A DNA stretch of 63,980 bases, counting the filler, from Diploschistes diacapsis (taxonomy: Eukaryota), in NCBI GenBank assembly GCA_023645945.1. It is 8 parts of 8 records of this genome, joined end to end, with 100 filler letters (N's around TTAATTAATTAA, not from the genome) between each part and the next. Parts side by side here need not be neighbours in the genome. Positions count along the whole stretch, not along the records: positions 48,920 to 54,073 come from JALAIB010001594.1; positions 54,174 to 59,325 come from JALAIB010001595.1; positions 59,426 to 63,980 come from JALAIB010001684.1; 5 more parts are not named here. The stretch is one strand, 5' to 3'. The position numbers and the translations under genes are program-made. Each line of letters opens with the position of its first letter. Position 1 is the first letter of the stretch. Shown one piece after another: positions 49,490 through 62,115 of the stretch. Below the pieces are notes generated by a model, which was not told the DNA's origin, made no database searches, and worked only from the letters and a program-made list of their open reading frames with translations.

Positions 49490-50820
49490 CTACCGAGAGC
49501 CAGCCTCGAGCTCACCCGGCGTGGGGTTGGCGTCGATGCCGTACCCGTTGTGGCCGGAGGCGTTTTGGTTTCGGCGCAGAAAGGACAGGTTCGGCCTTCG
49601 TATCGAGGGACGAAAGCGAGTGGACCAATGTTGTTGCTCGCCGGTAGAAATCTCTGGGGCGGGCCCGTCCGCAGTCTGCGGTTGGCTCTGTCCACGTGGA
49701 AAGCGAGGCAGCCGGAAGAAGAACCTCGAAGCGCCGGTCGAAGCAGTTGTATCGGAAACAGCGTTGCGTCTGCTGTACCTTCCGCCGTAGTGGCCCGTTC
49801 TCGATCTCCCCTCGCGTCTACCGGTAAGAATTGAGAGACCAGGAGGAGCGCCCTGAAGATCTGTGCGGCCATTTGTAGTGCGACGTCCGACAGGTCTCTC
49901 GGCCTCTTGGCTCTGCTCGCCTTCCGGGCGGGGCTTGGGAACGTAGTAGTCGGCCTTGCAGAGAGGACAGCAGGCTCGTCTGCTGGTGAGCCAAGGATCG
50001 ACGCAGCTGGCGTGGAAGGCGTGCCCGCACGTCAAGGCTCGAACGTCGTCGTCGTCCTCGAGAGTATCGATGCAGATGGCACAGGTATCGCCGGGGTTGT
50101 TGAGCATCTCGGCGGGAACGGCAGCGTGGATGGGATCATCCTCGTCGACTTCTTCGTCGGGTATGACGGACTCGACGGGAAGCTGTACCGGTTGAGTTTC
50201 GGTCGTTTCGGTGGTTCCTTCGGTGACAGGGGCACCCTCGGCAGGCGCAGCCTTCTCTTCGTCCTTTGCTTTTGACGATGCAGCGGTAGTTTGTCTTCCG
50301 AGTTCTGGCGAAGGCACCGCAGGCTCTTCCGACGATTGCTCCGGCTCCTTTATACTCGCGGGCCTGCTCGAAGGTGCCGCAACGCCGCCGGCAGTCGGTA
50401 GCCCTTCCTCTGCTCGGCTCGAGACCCAAGCCTTGTATTTTGTGGTTGGAAAGCGGTCGTTGACCTCGTCGAGGGACATCAGTTTCTTCTCTCTCCTGCG
50501 GCGATGCTGTCTCGGCATGGCTGCCAGATCGATGGGATCCCCATTCTCGTCGTGCCGGGGTCGGTTGCGGGCATTGTACCTGAAGCAGTACTTGACACCA
50601 ACGATGATCCTTTCAAACGGAGTTAGGCCAGTCAGACGCATGGGCGTTTGCCAACATACCATAGATTAGTGAAGACGACGCCGAAGCCAAGAGCGACGAA
50701 GAAGAGGAGTGGCGAGCTTTGAGGGCCGCTTGATTGGTTGCCGCCCTGCGAGGAGGGCTGCGTGGATGTAGCAGAGGGGGCAGCCGTTGCCGTCGTACTC
50801 GGAGCGATGGAGGACGACAT
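49490..50820 (-). CDS. Single-pass membrane RING-H2 E3 ubiquitin ligase; exons 50820-50660, 50609-49490
   Basis: TM segment SSPLLFFVALGFGVVFTNLW|IIVGVKYCFRYN and RING-H2 CAICIDTLEDDDDVRALTCGHAFHASCVDPWLTSRRACCPLCK. Intron 50659-50610. Confidence 0.92.
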
Positions 50821-51149
50821 CGTGTCGAGTCACCTGTGAGAGGTCGAACAAGACACGATGAGTTTGGGATTATTTGCACTTGATCTCCAGCCCAGTGGAA
50901 GGGAAGGGGGTTGTCCTGGACAGTCGTGAATTGACAACAGAGTTAGTTAGGGTGCGACAAGTTGAGCGCCAAGGTTTGATGACCGGGGAGAGGGTTTCAG
51001 GAGCGGCAAATCAAAATCGAAATCAAAACTAACGGAAGGAAGCCCAGTGTGTTCTACTTAACATAAAGCAGACTCATAATTCATCCAAGACACCATCAAG
51101 ACGAAATTGAAATGCAAAAAGGATGGGATCACCTGGTAGAGTTGAGCAA

Positions 51150-51420
51150 AGGTGAAGGTGAAGGTGAAGGTGAAGGTGATGTAAGGTTGACGGGTGGGAG
51201 GAGAAGGCTGAGAAAAGTGGATAGGTGGATAGGTTGATAGGTGGATAGGTTGAAGGGGGTGAGTATCTAGTAGAAAGTAGTAGTGGTGGTGGTAGTGGCG
51301 GTGGTGGTGGTAGTAGTAGTAGTAGTAGCAGTAGTAGTAGTAGTAGTAGTAATAATAATAATAATAGTACTAGTAGTAATAGTAATAAATAGTAGTAATA
51401 ATAATTGTAATGATAGTAGT
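51150..51420. repeat. Compound microsatellite: (GGTGAA)n, (GGT[G/T]GATA)n, (GTG/GTA/ATA)n
   Basis: Directly visible upstream of the RING gene. A similar (CTA)n tract ends the contig at ~43518-43555. Confidence 0.9.
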
Positions 51421-53282
51421 GACTGAGGGATATATTACAAAGGGAGTATCTAACTGGTGGCCATGATCGAGAGTGATCAAATATTGGACATCGGGCGCTT
51501 GATCGTTTGTCAGCTTCCTACCAACCGTGTCTACCTACATTCCAATATCCACCGTCCTTCTCCATTCAGTCCACAATCAACATAGCAGCCAGACTTTCCT
51601 TTACCATCGTCGAAATGCCCGGGCAGCAGCGGCAGTGGCATGCTGAACTCATTAATGCGCAGTCCTAGTTACCACCGAACTGGCGACGCTGCAGTCACTG
51701 TCGCCTCAGGATACTTCCCTTTTCAGTCGCTCTCCAAGTAGCGTAAATAGACCGGTGATGCTCTGGATGGACGCCAGACCAAAATGGAAAATCGAAAGCT
51801 GCGAAAGCCTGGTCTGCATCCCGTGTGTCTCACTCAAAATCTATGGGTGACGCTTTCGTCCAAGGACGGACAGGCGTTCCACATCGGGTTAAAGTAAAGG
51901 TCTAGTTAGACCGTTGATCTCGGCCATTACCCAACGCTACCCGTTTGTGTGCTCTAGAAAGAGAAACGCGAGATTTGTCCTACTTGGTTCATATGTCGTT
52001 CCTATGTAGAGAAATCGCATTTGTAACGGCATAACCAGACTCCGGTCTCCAGCTACTAGTATCTAGTGAAGATCTTTTGGCGCAAATATCCTTCTACCAA
52101 ACGAGATATGGTCTCGTATGCCATCGTTTTTATACGAGTCCAGATATAATCATCACGATTGATTCCCACAGTGCGAAGCTTACTCCTTACGGTGTTGGAA
52201 TGGGCCCGTTGCAAATCTTCGACGTTTCGGGCATGAGCTTGGCCTTGAGCTTGTCCGCATCCATGCATGCATCCACAACTTCATCACATCATCGACTCTC
52301 GACTTCACCATCCGAACTTGCCAACAACCTGGTTCGTGCAGCCACTCGTAGAAAGCCGATCGATTCAAGGGGCACAAGCCCACCTACACACAGCCCGAAG
52401 CTTGGGTGGTGCATTTGTAGAGATCTGACATTTGAAGCCACAATAGAGCATACATTATAACATCATTGCTTTAAAGGTTCTTGCCACCAACTCATGTCTT
52501 TCCGTTGTCAGCTTGCGTGGTGTACTCCCTTTGTGAGAATCATGTTTATATTATACACAAAACAACTTTTGACCTAGCCTAGAGCATCTTGCATTTTCAA
52601 CAGTGTATTCGTCTGTCGCAGTAGTAGCTTTAGGCTTCAGCGATATGGTCAAGATACCCCCTGATTGCCTGATGAACGGGTTGTTATGGCAGGACCACCT
52701 ATAATTGTTACGTTGCTATAGCCCAAGCTAATAGGACAAAATGAATACACTCTTGAACTGCAATATGCTGGAAGCTTTGCTTCTTTTGTAGCCTACAATA
52801 TGCTTATAGTGAGCGCAGATTCACGTTGCAATGGCAATTCAGATTGCACAGAATAGTGGAGGCAAATCATACCTGAATATGGGCAAGAAAGGGGTCCACG
52901 AATTGGTTTGAATCAGAAGACGTGGTGGCTAGGTTTGAGGTATGCAAGAAGAATGTTCTTTGGAGGCGGACGCGGCCTCCGTGTCTGTCCTTATACTATA
53001 TCTCCAGATTCCGAAATACCATTAATTTCTGCTTCTCCCAAAGATAGCTAGAATCTTTGCTCTCTCCTGCTGAATGAGTGTTTTGACCCTTGAGAGTCGC
53101 TAAATTGAAATTGAGTTTAGGGCTGACGCTTCTCATGAGTTTGACCAACCCTTTGCTTCTTGGCAAGATCATCTTCTAAATGTGCTCCAAGAGGGATTCA
53201 ATCATACCGAATGCTGGTATTTCTTACAGACGTTGAACAAGCAAGCAATGGGCTTCGTTGCGCGTGAAATCATTCCCCCGTG

Positions 53283-54073
53283 ATGTCCTCTGGTCGGGAA
53301 AGAAACTCAAATGCCTTGTGTATGGCTTCGTCTCCGAAGAAGAACATCTGGCTAACTGTCCACAGCTGATTCGTGGTCTCATATCCCCTTGCACATCTTA
53401 CAGGAAGAGCTGCGGAGGAGACAAGATGAAGGCATACCGACGAAGCCCGAGTGCGGGACGAAGGGAGGCCGAGCGGGCTACAACACTCCAGCCCACATTT
53501 TTGCGCTCATCCTCATCCTCACCCTCAGCACATTCGGTAAGCCCCAGCGACTTTCTTCGATCCCCATAAGCTAATCAGGCTGCCAGCATGTTCGTTTCCC
53601 ATCATAGCCCGACGGTTCCCCAAACTGCCAATACCGCACCGATTCCTGTTTCTATCCCGGCATTTCGGCACCGGCGTCCTCATCGCAACAGCCTTCGTTC
53701 ACCTCCTCCCCACTGCTTTCGTCTCCCTCACAGACCCATGCCTTCCCTCCTTCTGGAACCAAGGCTACCCTGCCATGGCCGGCCTGATAGCCATGACATC
53801 CATGCTCGTCGTCGTAGGCCTAGAAATGTTCTTCGCAATCAGGGGGGCCGGTCATGTCCACGGCAGCGGCTTTGACACGCAGGACGGGGAAGAGGGGCAT
53901 ACTGCTCGCCACAAACGCGAGGAGCGCCCCAGCCTCTCCCTCCGCCGCTTCAGCCAGGGCCCTATCGGCCAGCAGACAGCGGTACCGAGCGGCGACCTCG
54001 GCCCTATCGGTAACAGCCAATCCGCATGGACCAAAGTCGCACAAGCCTCCCCTCCCTCCTCGCCCCTTCCCCC
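53283..54073 (+). CDS. ZIP-family zinc/iron transporter, 5' part (start uncertain, cut by contig end)
   Basis: KPECG...YNTPAHIFALILILTLSTF|ACSFP...SRHFGTGVLIATAFVHLLPTAFVSLTDPCLP...GAGHVHG. Intron 53537-53586. An earlier acceptor lies at 53365, with its donor uncertain. Confidence 0.88.
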
Positions 54074-54173
54074 NNNNNNNNNNNNNNNNNNNNNNNNNNN
54101 NNNNNNNNNNNNNNNNNTTAATTAATTAANNNNNNNNNNNNNNNNNNNNNNNNNNNNNNNNNNNNNNNNNNNN

Positions 54174-54817
54174 TTATTACGGTATCCGTGTTCGTATATT
54201 TATCGAAACATTTTAAATTATTTTTTTAATTTTAATAATTCTAGAATTATCACGCCTATTTCTTACGCTTTTATTTATATAAAAAAATTTCATTATAATA
54301 TTTCGATAGATTCACTGCAATATTTCGATAGATTTACGGAAATGCAGTATTCGTGTCAATATTAATATTTTAAAATTTTTAATTACAGTGTCCGTGTCCG
54401 TGCTTTTATTATAATATAGTGTCCGTGTCAGTATCCGTATCGAAAAAATTTTTATTGCGATGTCCGTGTCCGTGCATTCACCGAAACACTTTAAATTATT
54501 TTTTTAATTTTAATAATTCTGGAATTATCACGCCTATTCCTCACGCTTTTCTTTTTTTTAAAAAATTTCACCGTAGTGTTTCGGTGGATTCACCGTAATA
54601 TTTCGGTAGATTTACGGAAATATAATATCCGTATTAATATTAATGTTTTAAAATTTTTAATTGCAGTATCCGTGTTCGTGTTTTTATTATAATGTAGTAT
54701 CCGTGTCAGTATCCGTGTTTTAAATTTTTAGCTGTCGTGTCCGTGTTAGTGTCCGTGTTTTAAAAATTTTTGTTATAATGTCCGTGTTAGTGACCGTGGC
54801 ACGAAACGGCCAGCCTA
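54174..54817. mobile_element. Terminus of a hAT-like element with a ~277-bp internal tandem duplication, nested in a Tc1 copy
   Basis: Units start at 54174 and 54451 and differ almost only by C/T and G/A. There are many TCCGTG subterminal repeats. It ends ...GAAACGGCCAGCCTA, directly abutting Tc1 coding sequence. Confidence 0.55.
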
Positions 54818-55199
54818 ATTTGAACATTATAAAGCATCTTTGGCCTAAATTAAAAGAAAAGATATTTCGGTTTTATTTGGAGCTTAAAACAATGCGTGGA
54901 AATAAGGATAATAAGAAACAGATTTTAAAAACTGTTATTATCGAGGTATTCGCTTAAATTATAATAAATAGGGAATGGGATTTACCTGCTCGATTAATCT
55001 ATTTAATGTTTACGCGAATTTAAGCTGTATACGACGCGTAAGGGTGGCAAATAAAGTATTAATAGATATTACGAATAAAGAGCTTCAAAATAATCTAAAA
55101 AGCGCATTTATAGGACATTATTTGGGTGCGTATCGCATCTCTAAAGTTGGTGATGTCTACTGCAGTTTAGGTAGGACCATTACTTTTGGCACGTGACTG
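54818..55199 (+). mobile_element. RIP-mutated 3' end of the same Tc1/mariner transposon, copy 2
   Basis: Colinear with 33186-33568, same ...TTTTGGCACGTGACTG+TA end. Differences are nearly all transitions. Confidence 0.9.
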
Positions 55200-55504
55200 T
55201 ATGGCAGAGCAAAGTCCAATGAATCGGGGGGCATCCATGTAATCGATTCCGTACTAAAGGTTCTTCAGTTGCCAGTCTACTTCATATTATCTTCTCATAT
55301 TGTCCTCTAAAGCCTCAGCGACGACATACCGGATTCCAAGTTCTTTTCAGTTGTGTGCAGCTCCTATGTATGCTTTGTTTGTCTACAAGAATGTTCGGTT
55401 TTCCTCCCAAACCTCAGATTCTACACCCATTCCCAAAAAGAGATCTTTCAATCCAAAGTTTCGTATAGCATGCTGTGGTCCCTCAACTCGATTCAACCGC
55501 AATC

Positions 55505-58006
55505 ATGCCTTCTTCCACGTTGTCGTCTTCTCTCAATGTCATCGCCCTCATCTCTGGCGGTAAAGACTCCTTCCATTCTCTTCTACACTGCCTCAGTCAG
55601 GGCCACCAAGTCGTCGCGCTCGCCAACCTCCATCCACCTCCTTCGACCTCCCCTATCCATGGCCTATTAGACTTAAATAGTCACATGTATCAAACAGCCG
55701 GCCATGCCCTACTCCCTCTCTACCAAGACGCTCTCTCTATCCCACTCTATCGCAGCCCCATCACCGGTACTGCTATCTCCAAGGAAAAGGATTATGCTGG
55801 TCCTCCAGGACAGGATGCAGGAGGTGGTTCGGATGAAGCGACGAAGGACACGGCGGATGAAACGGAGGACCTCATTCCCTTGCTCCATCGCGTGATGTCC
55901 GAGCACCCCAAAGCCAACGCCCTTTCCTGTGGCGCCATACTATCTACCTACCAGCGCACGCGGGTCGAGTCTGTTTGCAGCCGTCTTGGACTTGTTCCGC
56001 TTGCATACTTGTGGCAGTACCCTATCCTTCCTTCCCCCAACGGGTCACCTACTACCTTGCTTGAGGACGGAGCAAATGTCGGACTCGATTCGCGTATAGT
56101 CAAGGTCGCTAGCGGTGGACTGGATGAGAGCTTCCTGTGGGGTAGCTTGGCTGATCGGAGATTTAGGGGTAAGGTGGAGAAGGCTGTCGCAAAGTTTGGA
56201 GGGAGTGCGCTGGGAGAGGGAGGAGAATTTGAGACACTTGTTATCGAAGGACCGAAGGGTTTGTGGAGAGGAAGAACTGAAGTGAAGGATGAGGAGAGAG
56301 AAGTAAGGACGGGGGAGGGAGGAGAGGCATGGCTGGAATTTGGGAGAGGTAAGGTTGTGGGCTTCGACGGAGGCGATGTTGACGAGAGTCAATGGAGGTG
56401 GAGACTGAGGATACCACCGTTATTGGATCCTATATTTGAAACTTTGTCGGGCGAGCCCCTGCCGCCTCGGCCGTTGTCGAACAACTTTGCGCATAAGCCA
56501 TGGGTACGCTCATGGGAGCCATCTTCGTACGCGCAGGACCATGGGTACATATCGTCCATCTTCAACCTTACTTCATTCGGCAGCGATCAAACCATCGAAG
56601 TTCAAATGAAGTCTCTTGCCGAAAGGTTCCAAGCCGCTCTCGAAGAGGCAGATGCTTCGGCATGTAATATCGTTTTTGTCACGATCCTGCTACGCTCAAT
56701 GTCGGATTTTCCTGCCATCAATGCCGTCTACGGCCAGCTTTTCTCCAACCCAAACCCTCCTGCCCGCGTGACAGTAGCGTGCGGAAGCCTCATGCCTAAA
56801 GGAAAGCATGTCATGCTCTCCGCTCTAGTGTGCAAGAAACTGAGAGGCGAGAAGAGGGGGCTGCACGTGCAATCTCGCTCGTACTGGGCTCCTGCCAACA
56901 TTGGACCGTACTCGCAGGCGATCAGCATTGTTGCTGGATCAGAAGCTGGTGAGGAGGCCAGCAGGCTTGTTTATATCGCAGGCCAGATTCCCCTTGTGCC
57001 CTCAAGCATGGCGGTCCGCGAAAGCCATGGGGATGAGAAGCAAGGGCTAAGGTTCAGGGACCAGGCTCTTTTGGCTTTACAGCACCTCTGGCGAATAGGT
57101 GTGGAGATGAATGTCACTTGGTGGACTGGAGGCGTTGCATTCCTTGCTGGCAAGGGTGTCACTGGCCCAGATGTCGTCGCTTCAAGAGCCCAGATAGCTT
57201 GGTATCTGTGGAAAAGCGTGCACAAGCTCCCTTTGGATGAAGATAATGACGATAATGGGCGTGAAGAGGATACAGGACTCGATGCATGGGATCTCAAGTA
57301 TGGTGGCATGGGCACTTTTGCAATTGCAGAAACACAAAGAAGACCATTACCCGACTTTGAGAGAGTCAGGCACAGAACCACAGGAATGGGATCACAGGCA
57401 TCAAACCCCAGCGAGGCACAACACCTTATACCCGGCTTCCTCGTGGTCGAAGTCGCAGAGCTGCCTCGAGCTTGCGATATCGAATGGCATGCAGCGGGAT
57501 ACTCGGGTAATGAGGTTGTGCTATTTGAAGACAGCCACAAACACTCTCAAGAAGCAAGCCTATGGAGCAAAACAGAGTCTATCCTTTCCGTCAAGGCCAC
57601 TGACTACGGTGTAAGCAGTGACATAGTTGAGGTGCTTGGAAGAGATGCTGCTGCCTTTAACGAACCCGCTCGGCTCTCTAAGAATTTTGAAGCTCTGGCC
57701 TCTGTGAGATTCATCTCCGTTCCAATGCAGGCCTTTTCACTCTTGGGTAACTATGACGATCAGAGCTCTGAAGAGTACGTTGTGGAGGGGATCCAAAGCA
57801 CTATCCGTGCTTTTCTTTACAATCGATCAAAGCAATCTACAACCGCACCTGCCGCCACGGTATACACCTCTTATCCGGCTGTTTTCGTCAATCTGCCAGT
57901 GCAGATTATCCCGTGCTCTCGCGTCTGGGGAGTCCAAGAAGAGAACATCCAGGAAATTGGTGCTGGACTAGTCATCCACTCATCGTACCAATCTGAGCTG
58001 GCTTGA
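55505..58006 (+). CDS. DPH6: Diphthine--ammonia ligase with C-terminal YjgF/RidA-like domains
   Basis: VIALISGGKDS, DLNSHMYQTAG, DETEDL, GAILSTYQRTRVESVCSRLGL, GEGGEFETLV, PPARVTV and LHVQSRSYWAPANIGPYSQA. Confidence 0.95.
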   Translation: MPSSTLSSSLNVIALISGGKDSFHSLLHCLSQGHQVVALANLHPPPSTSPIHGLLDLNSHMYQTAGHALLPLYQDALSIPLYRSPITGTAISKEKDYAGPPGQDAGGGSDEATKDTADETEDLIPLLHRVMSEHPKANALSCGAILSTYQRTRVESVCSRLGLVPLAYLWQYPILPSPNGSPTTLLEDGANVGLDSRIVKVASGGLDESFLWGSLADRRFRGKVEKAVAKFGGSALGEGGEFETLVIEGPKGLWRGRTEVKDEEREVRTGEGGEAWLEFGRGKVVGFDGGDVDESQWRWRLRIPPLLDPIFETLSGEPLPPRPLSNNFAHKPWVRSWEPSSYAQDHGYISSIFNLTSFGSDQTIEVQMKSLAERFQAALEEADASACNIVFVTILLRSMSDFPAINAVYGQLFSNPNPPARVTVACGSLMPKGKHVMLSALVCKKLRGEKRGLHVQSRSYWAPANIGPYSQAISIVAGSEAGEEASRLVYIAGQIPLVPSSMAVRESHGDEKQGLRFRDQALLALQHLWRIGVEMNVTWWTGGVAFLAGKGVTGPDVVASRAQIAWYLWKSVHKLPLDEDNDDNGREEDTGLDAWDLKYGGMGTFAIAETQRRPLPDFERVRHRTTGMGSQASNPSEAQHLIPGFLVVEVAELPRACDIEWHAAGYSGNEVVLFEDSHKHSQEASLWSKTESILSVKATDYGVSSDIVEVLGRDAAAFNEPARLSKNFEALASVRFISVPMQAFSLLGNYDDQSSEEYVVEGIQSTIRAFLYNRSKQSTTAPAATVYTSYPAVFVNLPVQIIPCSRVWGVQEENIQEIGAGLVIHSSYQSELA

Positions 58007-59425
58007 GGCCTCGAATGTTGTCAGACAAATCGACACAGCAGTAGAACGACTGGATGGCATCTTCAGGACGCGATCGTCTTATTCCTCTCCGCTAATTCAC
58101 TGCTGCCTATTTCTTCGGCAAGGATGCTTCCAGGCGCCTGTCTACCATAATGCTGGGCACTATACTCCTTTCAGACATCACCGTCACGAGGAACTCCGAG
58201 GGTTGAAGATCTTTAAGATAATTATCTATACCCCCGAAACACAGGCACAATGGCAGTTTTCTCCTTCCAGTACTTCAAGCCACCGTCCGCGCAGTCTGCA
58301 TCGGCCTTCTTTGAAAAGCAAGATGACCTCTATGGTCTTCGTTGCAGCTCATTTCAAAATATATGCTGCGAAGAAGCAAGCATCTACCAAGCTGTGACTA
58401 ACGACCCACTCAAGGGGATGATTTGTTATCAAGTTTATGCCCCTCTACCGAACGTATGTTACTGTACTTGGATCTTGGGGCAGACAAGAGCCGCACAAGT
58501 ACGCGATCGGAGATCGATCTTTCTTCCCTATGAAGCGTCGAAAAAAGACCACCTTCTAAGTACTCCCTGCTGGATATCGGGCTCTTAATATCGGGCTAGG
58601 TATTGTGAAGCACCTAGATCTAGAAAACTATACGAAGTCGGGCGCAATGATAGCACTCGCTTGCCACCAATAACCGTAAATAGGCTGTAAGGAAAAATTC
58701 CTTTCACTTTGGGCGGCGATGGCATGTCCTTCGCGCTTTTTACCATAGCACCGGCATTGAAGCTTTGCGATGTGGTACGAGCAGGTCTGAGAGGACTGTA
58801 CATATGACTTGATCTGGGTGAGTTCTCCAGCACATGAAGAAGGACCTAAAAACCGAGACTCCCGAGTTTATATAAAACCGCACATGCACAGCATATTCAC
58901 AACGTTAGGATTTCTCTCAAGTTTGCGAGATAACCTCAGCACGATGCAACTTTGACTTGTGTACTATGCTCTTGAAGTCATGCTTTCAGGCTTTCTTGCT
59001 TTCTATATATTCCACCTATACATACCCTAGTGCCGTAAATACAAGTATACTGCTTATCAGCCCCTTAAAGGCAAAAAGGTCCAACTCTGTTCCCCATCTC
59101 CCTCTTCCACTTTCTGCTTCCACGCCTAAGACCTGCTGGCACAAGCTCCTCTTTTACGCTTCTCAAAAAACAAAGGAACCATCGCACGCTCACCTTCCTT
59201 ATCCTCCACACAGCCGGCAAAATACATACATGCCTGCTGCACACTTCCCCCTGTCCAAAACAATCCACATAACCATTCACAACCGCCCACCCAACCCCCC
59301 ATTAGCATCCCGTGCTCTACTTTCGNNNNNNNNNNNNNNNNNNNNNNNNNNNNNNNNNNNNNNNNNNNNTTAATTAATTAANNNNNNNNNNNNNNNNNNN
59401 NNNNNNNNNNNNNNNNNNNNNNNNN

Positions 59426-59684
59426 GGGGCCGGGAGCGGCGGGCGGAGGCGGGCGGTGCGGCCCTAGGAGGGGGCCGTCAGGAGGAGTGCGATCGGAACG
59501 AGCGGGTTGTGCTTGAGGATGGAGAGCCCCCCGGCTTGGTTGTGAAGGGGTCGGATTGCGGGGGACTTACGCCGAGTAAGGGTATGCTCTCGAGGCGTTG
59601 GCGCGGGATCACGGTCACGAGCTCCATTTCGCAGAGGAAGGCGGTTTCGGCGGGACTGAGGCCTGGGGCGAGAGGGGCGGCCAT
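59426..59684 (-). CDS. PSF2: GINS complex subunit Psf2, 5' part; exons 59684-59571, 59463-59426 (cut by contig end)
   Basis: [47 protein letters not shown]. Intron 59570-59464. Confidence 0.9.
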
Positions 59685-60002
59685 TGCGGGATTGGGGTGA
59701 AGGCTGGGCTGGTTGGGGTTTGAGGTGAAGGAGACTTCATGCTGGAGGATGAATTCAGTGGCAACGAATGCGCGTTTGTAGGCGTTGAAGCTGCGGAAAA
59801 GTTACGCATGGTGCTACGGGTAAAAATACAGTGTTCATGAGGATTGGTGTTTCTATGTATATATTACAACAGTCAGCTCCCGCTTTTTTTATCCGACCAT
59901 TAAAACTCCATCTAGACTGTTAAAGCCTTCATTACTCTCCCTCGGACCATCTGTGTTGCTGTCAGATGAATCTTCCTCTGTCCACACCCTCAGAATCTAC
60001 CG

Positions 60003-60491
60003 TTACATGGATACACCGCGCAGCGCAGCGGTCACCATGGAAGCCTTGATCAGCACGTAGAATTTGATCCCCATTGTTCCCATCCAGATCAAGGACCTGA
60101 TGTAGGACTGTCCCCGCGACTTCGCCGTGATGTACGAGAGCGAGTATAGCACACGCATCACTATAATGGCCGCCGCCGCGATGTTGAGCGCCCTTTGATC
60201 CAAGTGCGCAAAGTTCCCTGCCAGCATTGCCGCAGCGAAGAGAGGAAGATTCTCGTTTCCGTTCGTATGCGCCGCTTTGGCCCTAGTGTAGGTCTCGTAG
60301 GTCGGCGGTCCTAGTGTTCTGCGAAGGGTCTCTGGTGAGGCATCGCGAGGGTTGCGGTTGTCGTAGACTTTCCTCTCCTTGTCGGCGCTGATGAGGAGAG
60401 AGGTGGCGTACAAGTGGCAGAGCAAGTTGATAAAACAGTATGCGGGGATTGCGGCGATGGAGACGTTGACGTTGCTCATGATTGGAGGCAT
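60003..60491 (-). CDS. MAPEG-family membrane protein
   Basis: YDNRNPR, RAKAAHTNGNENLPLFAAA, RVLYSLSY and YIRSLIW, with about four hydrophobic segments. Confidence 0.85.
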   Translation of the reverse strand: MPPIMSNVNVSIAAIPAYCFINLLCHLYATSLLISADKERKVYDNRNPRDASPETLRRTLGPPTYETYTRAKAAHTNGNENLPLFAAAMLAGNFAHLDQRALNIAAAAIIVMRVLYSLSYITAKSRGQSYIRSLIWMGTMGIKFYVLIKASMVTAALRGVSM

Positions 60492-60924
60492 TAATGCTAT
60501 TTTTGCGAAGTGACTGTTTGGGACAGGCTAAGAAGGATTGGTGGAAAGGGATAGATGTTACTGCAGTGTGTCTCTGAGAGCCGGACTTATATACTCTTCT
60601 CCGAACTGAAAGGATACATATACCTAGTCAGCAATTAGCTTTGATGCCGGCCCAACCGCAGGCTCCAGCATTTACTCTTCTTTCATTGAACAATCAGTTG
60701 GAAGCTATTTGGCATACTCTGACTCATCCGACCACTTCATGCTGAAAATCTGGCCAGGTAGAAAATGGCCGTACTTATCCAGAAAGCTCGAAGCGCTTGG
60801 CAAACAGGCCACTGGCACCACATCCAAGACGACAAGGCAAAACACGGCGCAGGGTTCGTGCTGCAACCGCTCGAGCCAGATCTTTCTTATGCTTTGAAGA
60901 TCCTGCCATTTCTGCCCTCAATAA

Positions 60925-62115
60925 ATGCTTCCTACTGAGTCTTTCCCCCAAGGGTGGGACGCGATGTCTTTTCTGTTCTGCAAGCTGCCATTTCCCAGAC
61001 AAGATACATTCGCTGCACAAGAGGCCGCTAGGCAATACCCACGAGGCGGCAATCTGTTCGCTTCGGTGAAGCAAATAGAATCTACATGTCACGATGCTCA
61101 GGCGGCGCTCCTATTCTTGAGTAAAAACCATCGATATCATGAGTCTTTATCATGGTTGCATGAGAAAGGCCCAGCTGTATTACACTTCGCTTTAAGGAGA
61201 TGTGCTCGGGAGGTTGGTACCCTGTTTGAGCACTGTTACCAAACAAAGGGTAAAGGAGTCTTTGACGGGAATGGTACTACTATATCTCGCCTGTCGTGGG
61301 TTTTTGTTGACAAAATCAGACTACACCTCCAGGGAATTTGAGATCATCAATGAGCTTTTAATTGGCTATGTTTTGAATCATTTGCGGAGGGCAAGTGGTG
61401 ATCTTGAAAACCACCTAAGTTTGCATTCGATGCACATCAAGGTCAACGCTGCACGCTTACGCGCAATCCAAGTCTTGAATAAGTTTGTCGGCGCGGATCA
61501 CAAGGGTAAATCGATATGGGACATGGAGATCACTGACACGCAACATGGCGACACGACACAGCAGAGCAACCCAGGGCAAAACGGTAACTCAACACAGCAG
61601 CGAACTGGCAAAAGTGCTTCGGCAACCGGACACTGGACCTCGGGAATCCGCCCGTTAGATGTGGATACCAGTGTAGTTCACAGGCAAGATACAGGTAGAG
61701 CGCTGCTTGAAAATTTCCCTGTTGCTACCTACATGCCGACGCGGCGTCCTAAGCCGACCATCCAAGAATCCGACGATCGCAATACCACACATCTTATGTC
61801 TCCAGATTTGCAGTCTGAGAAATCCGACCCTGGCTGTAATGATCAACTTGAATTCCCTAGGCTACCAAATGACATTTTACGACCTTGAAATACATATGCT
61901 TACCGTGCGGCAACCCGTGGCAGTGGTGCGAGGGTGCTTGTAGGCTCCGCGGTAATGCCTCTTTGTCCCCTCGAGATGTATCCAAAGACTGGAACGATGG
62001 TTCCTACTCCGTGTCGTGTCGGTACTGCTATAAAGTATGCTTTGACCCGGATGGGATGGGGACGCCGGACATATGCGCCTGTGGACGCATTGGTTCACGC
62101 ATCATGAACCGTTGA
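60925..62115 (+). CDS. Hypothetical protein or pseudogene in three overlapping frames with a Cys-rich end
   Basis: ORFs 60925, 61202 and 61885 overlap end to end. A 43-nt GT..AAG intron (61213-61255) could join the first two. No family recognised. Confidence 0.4.
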
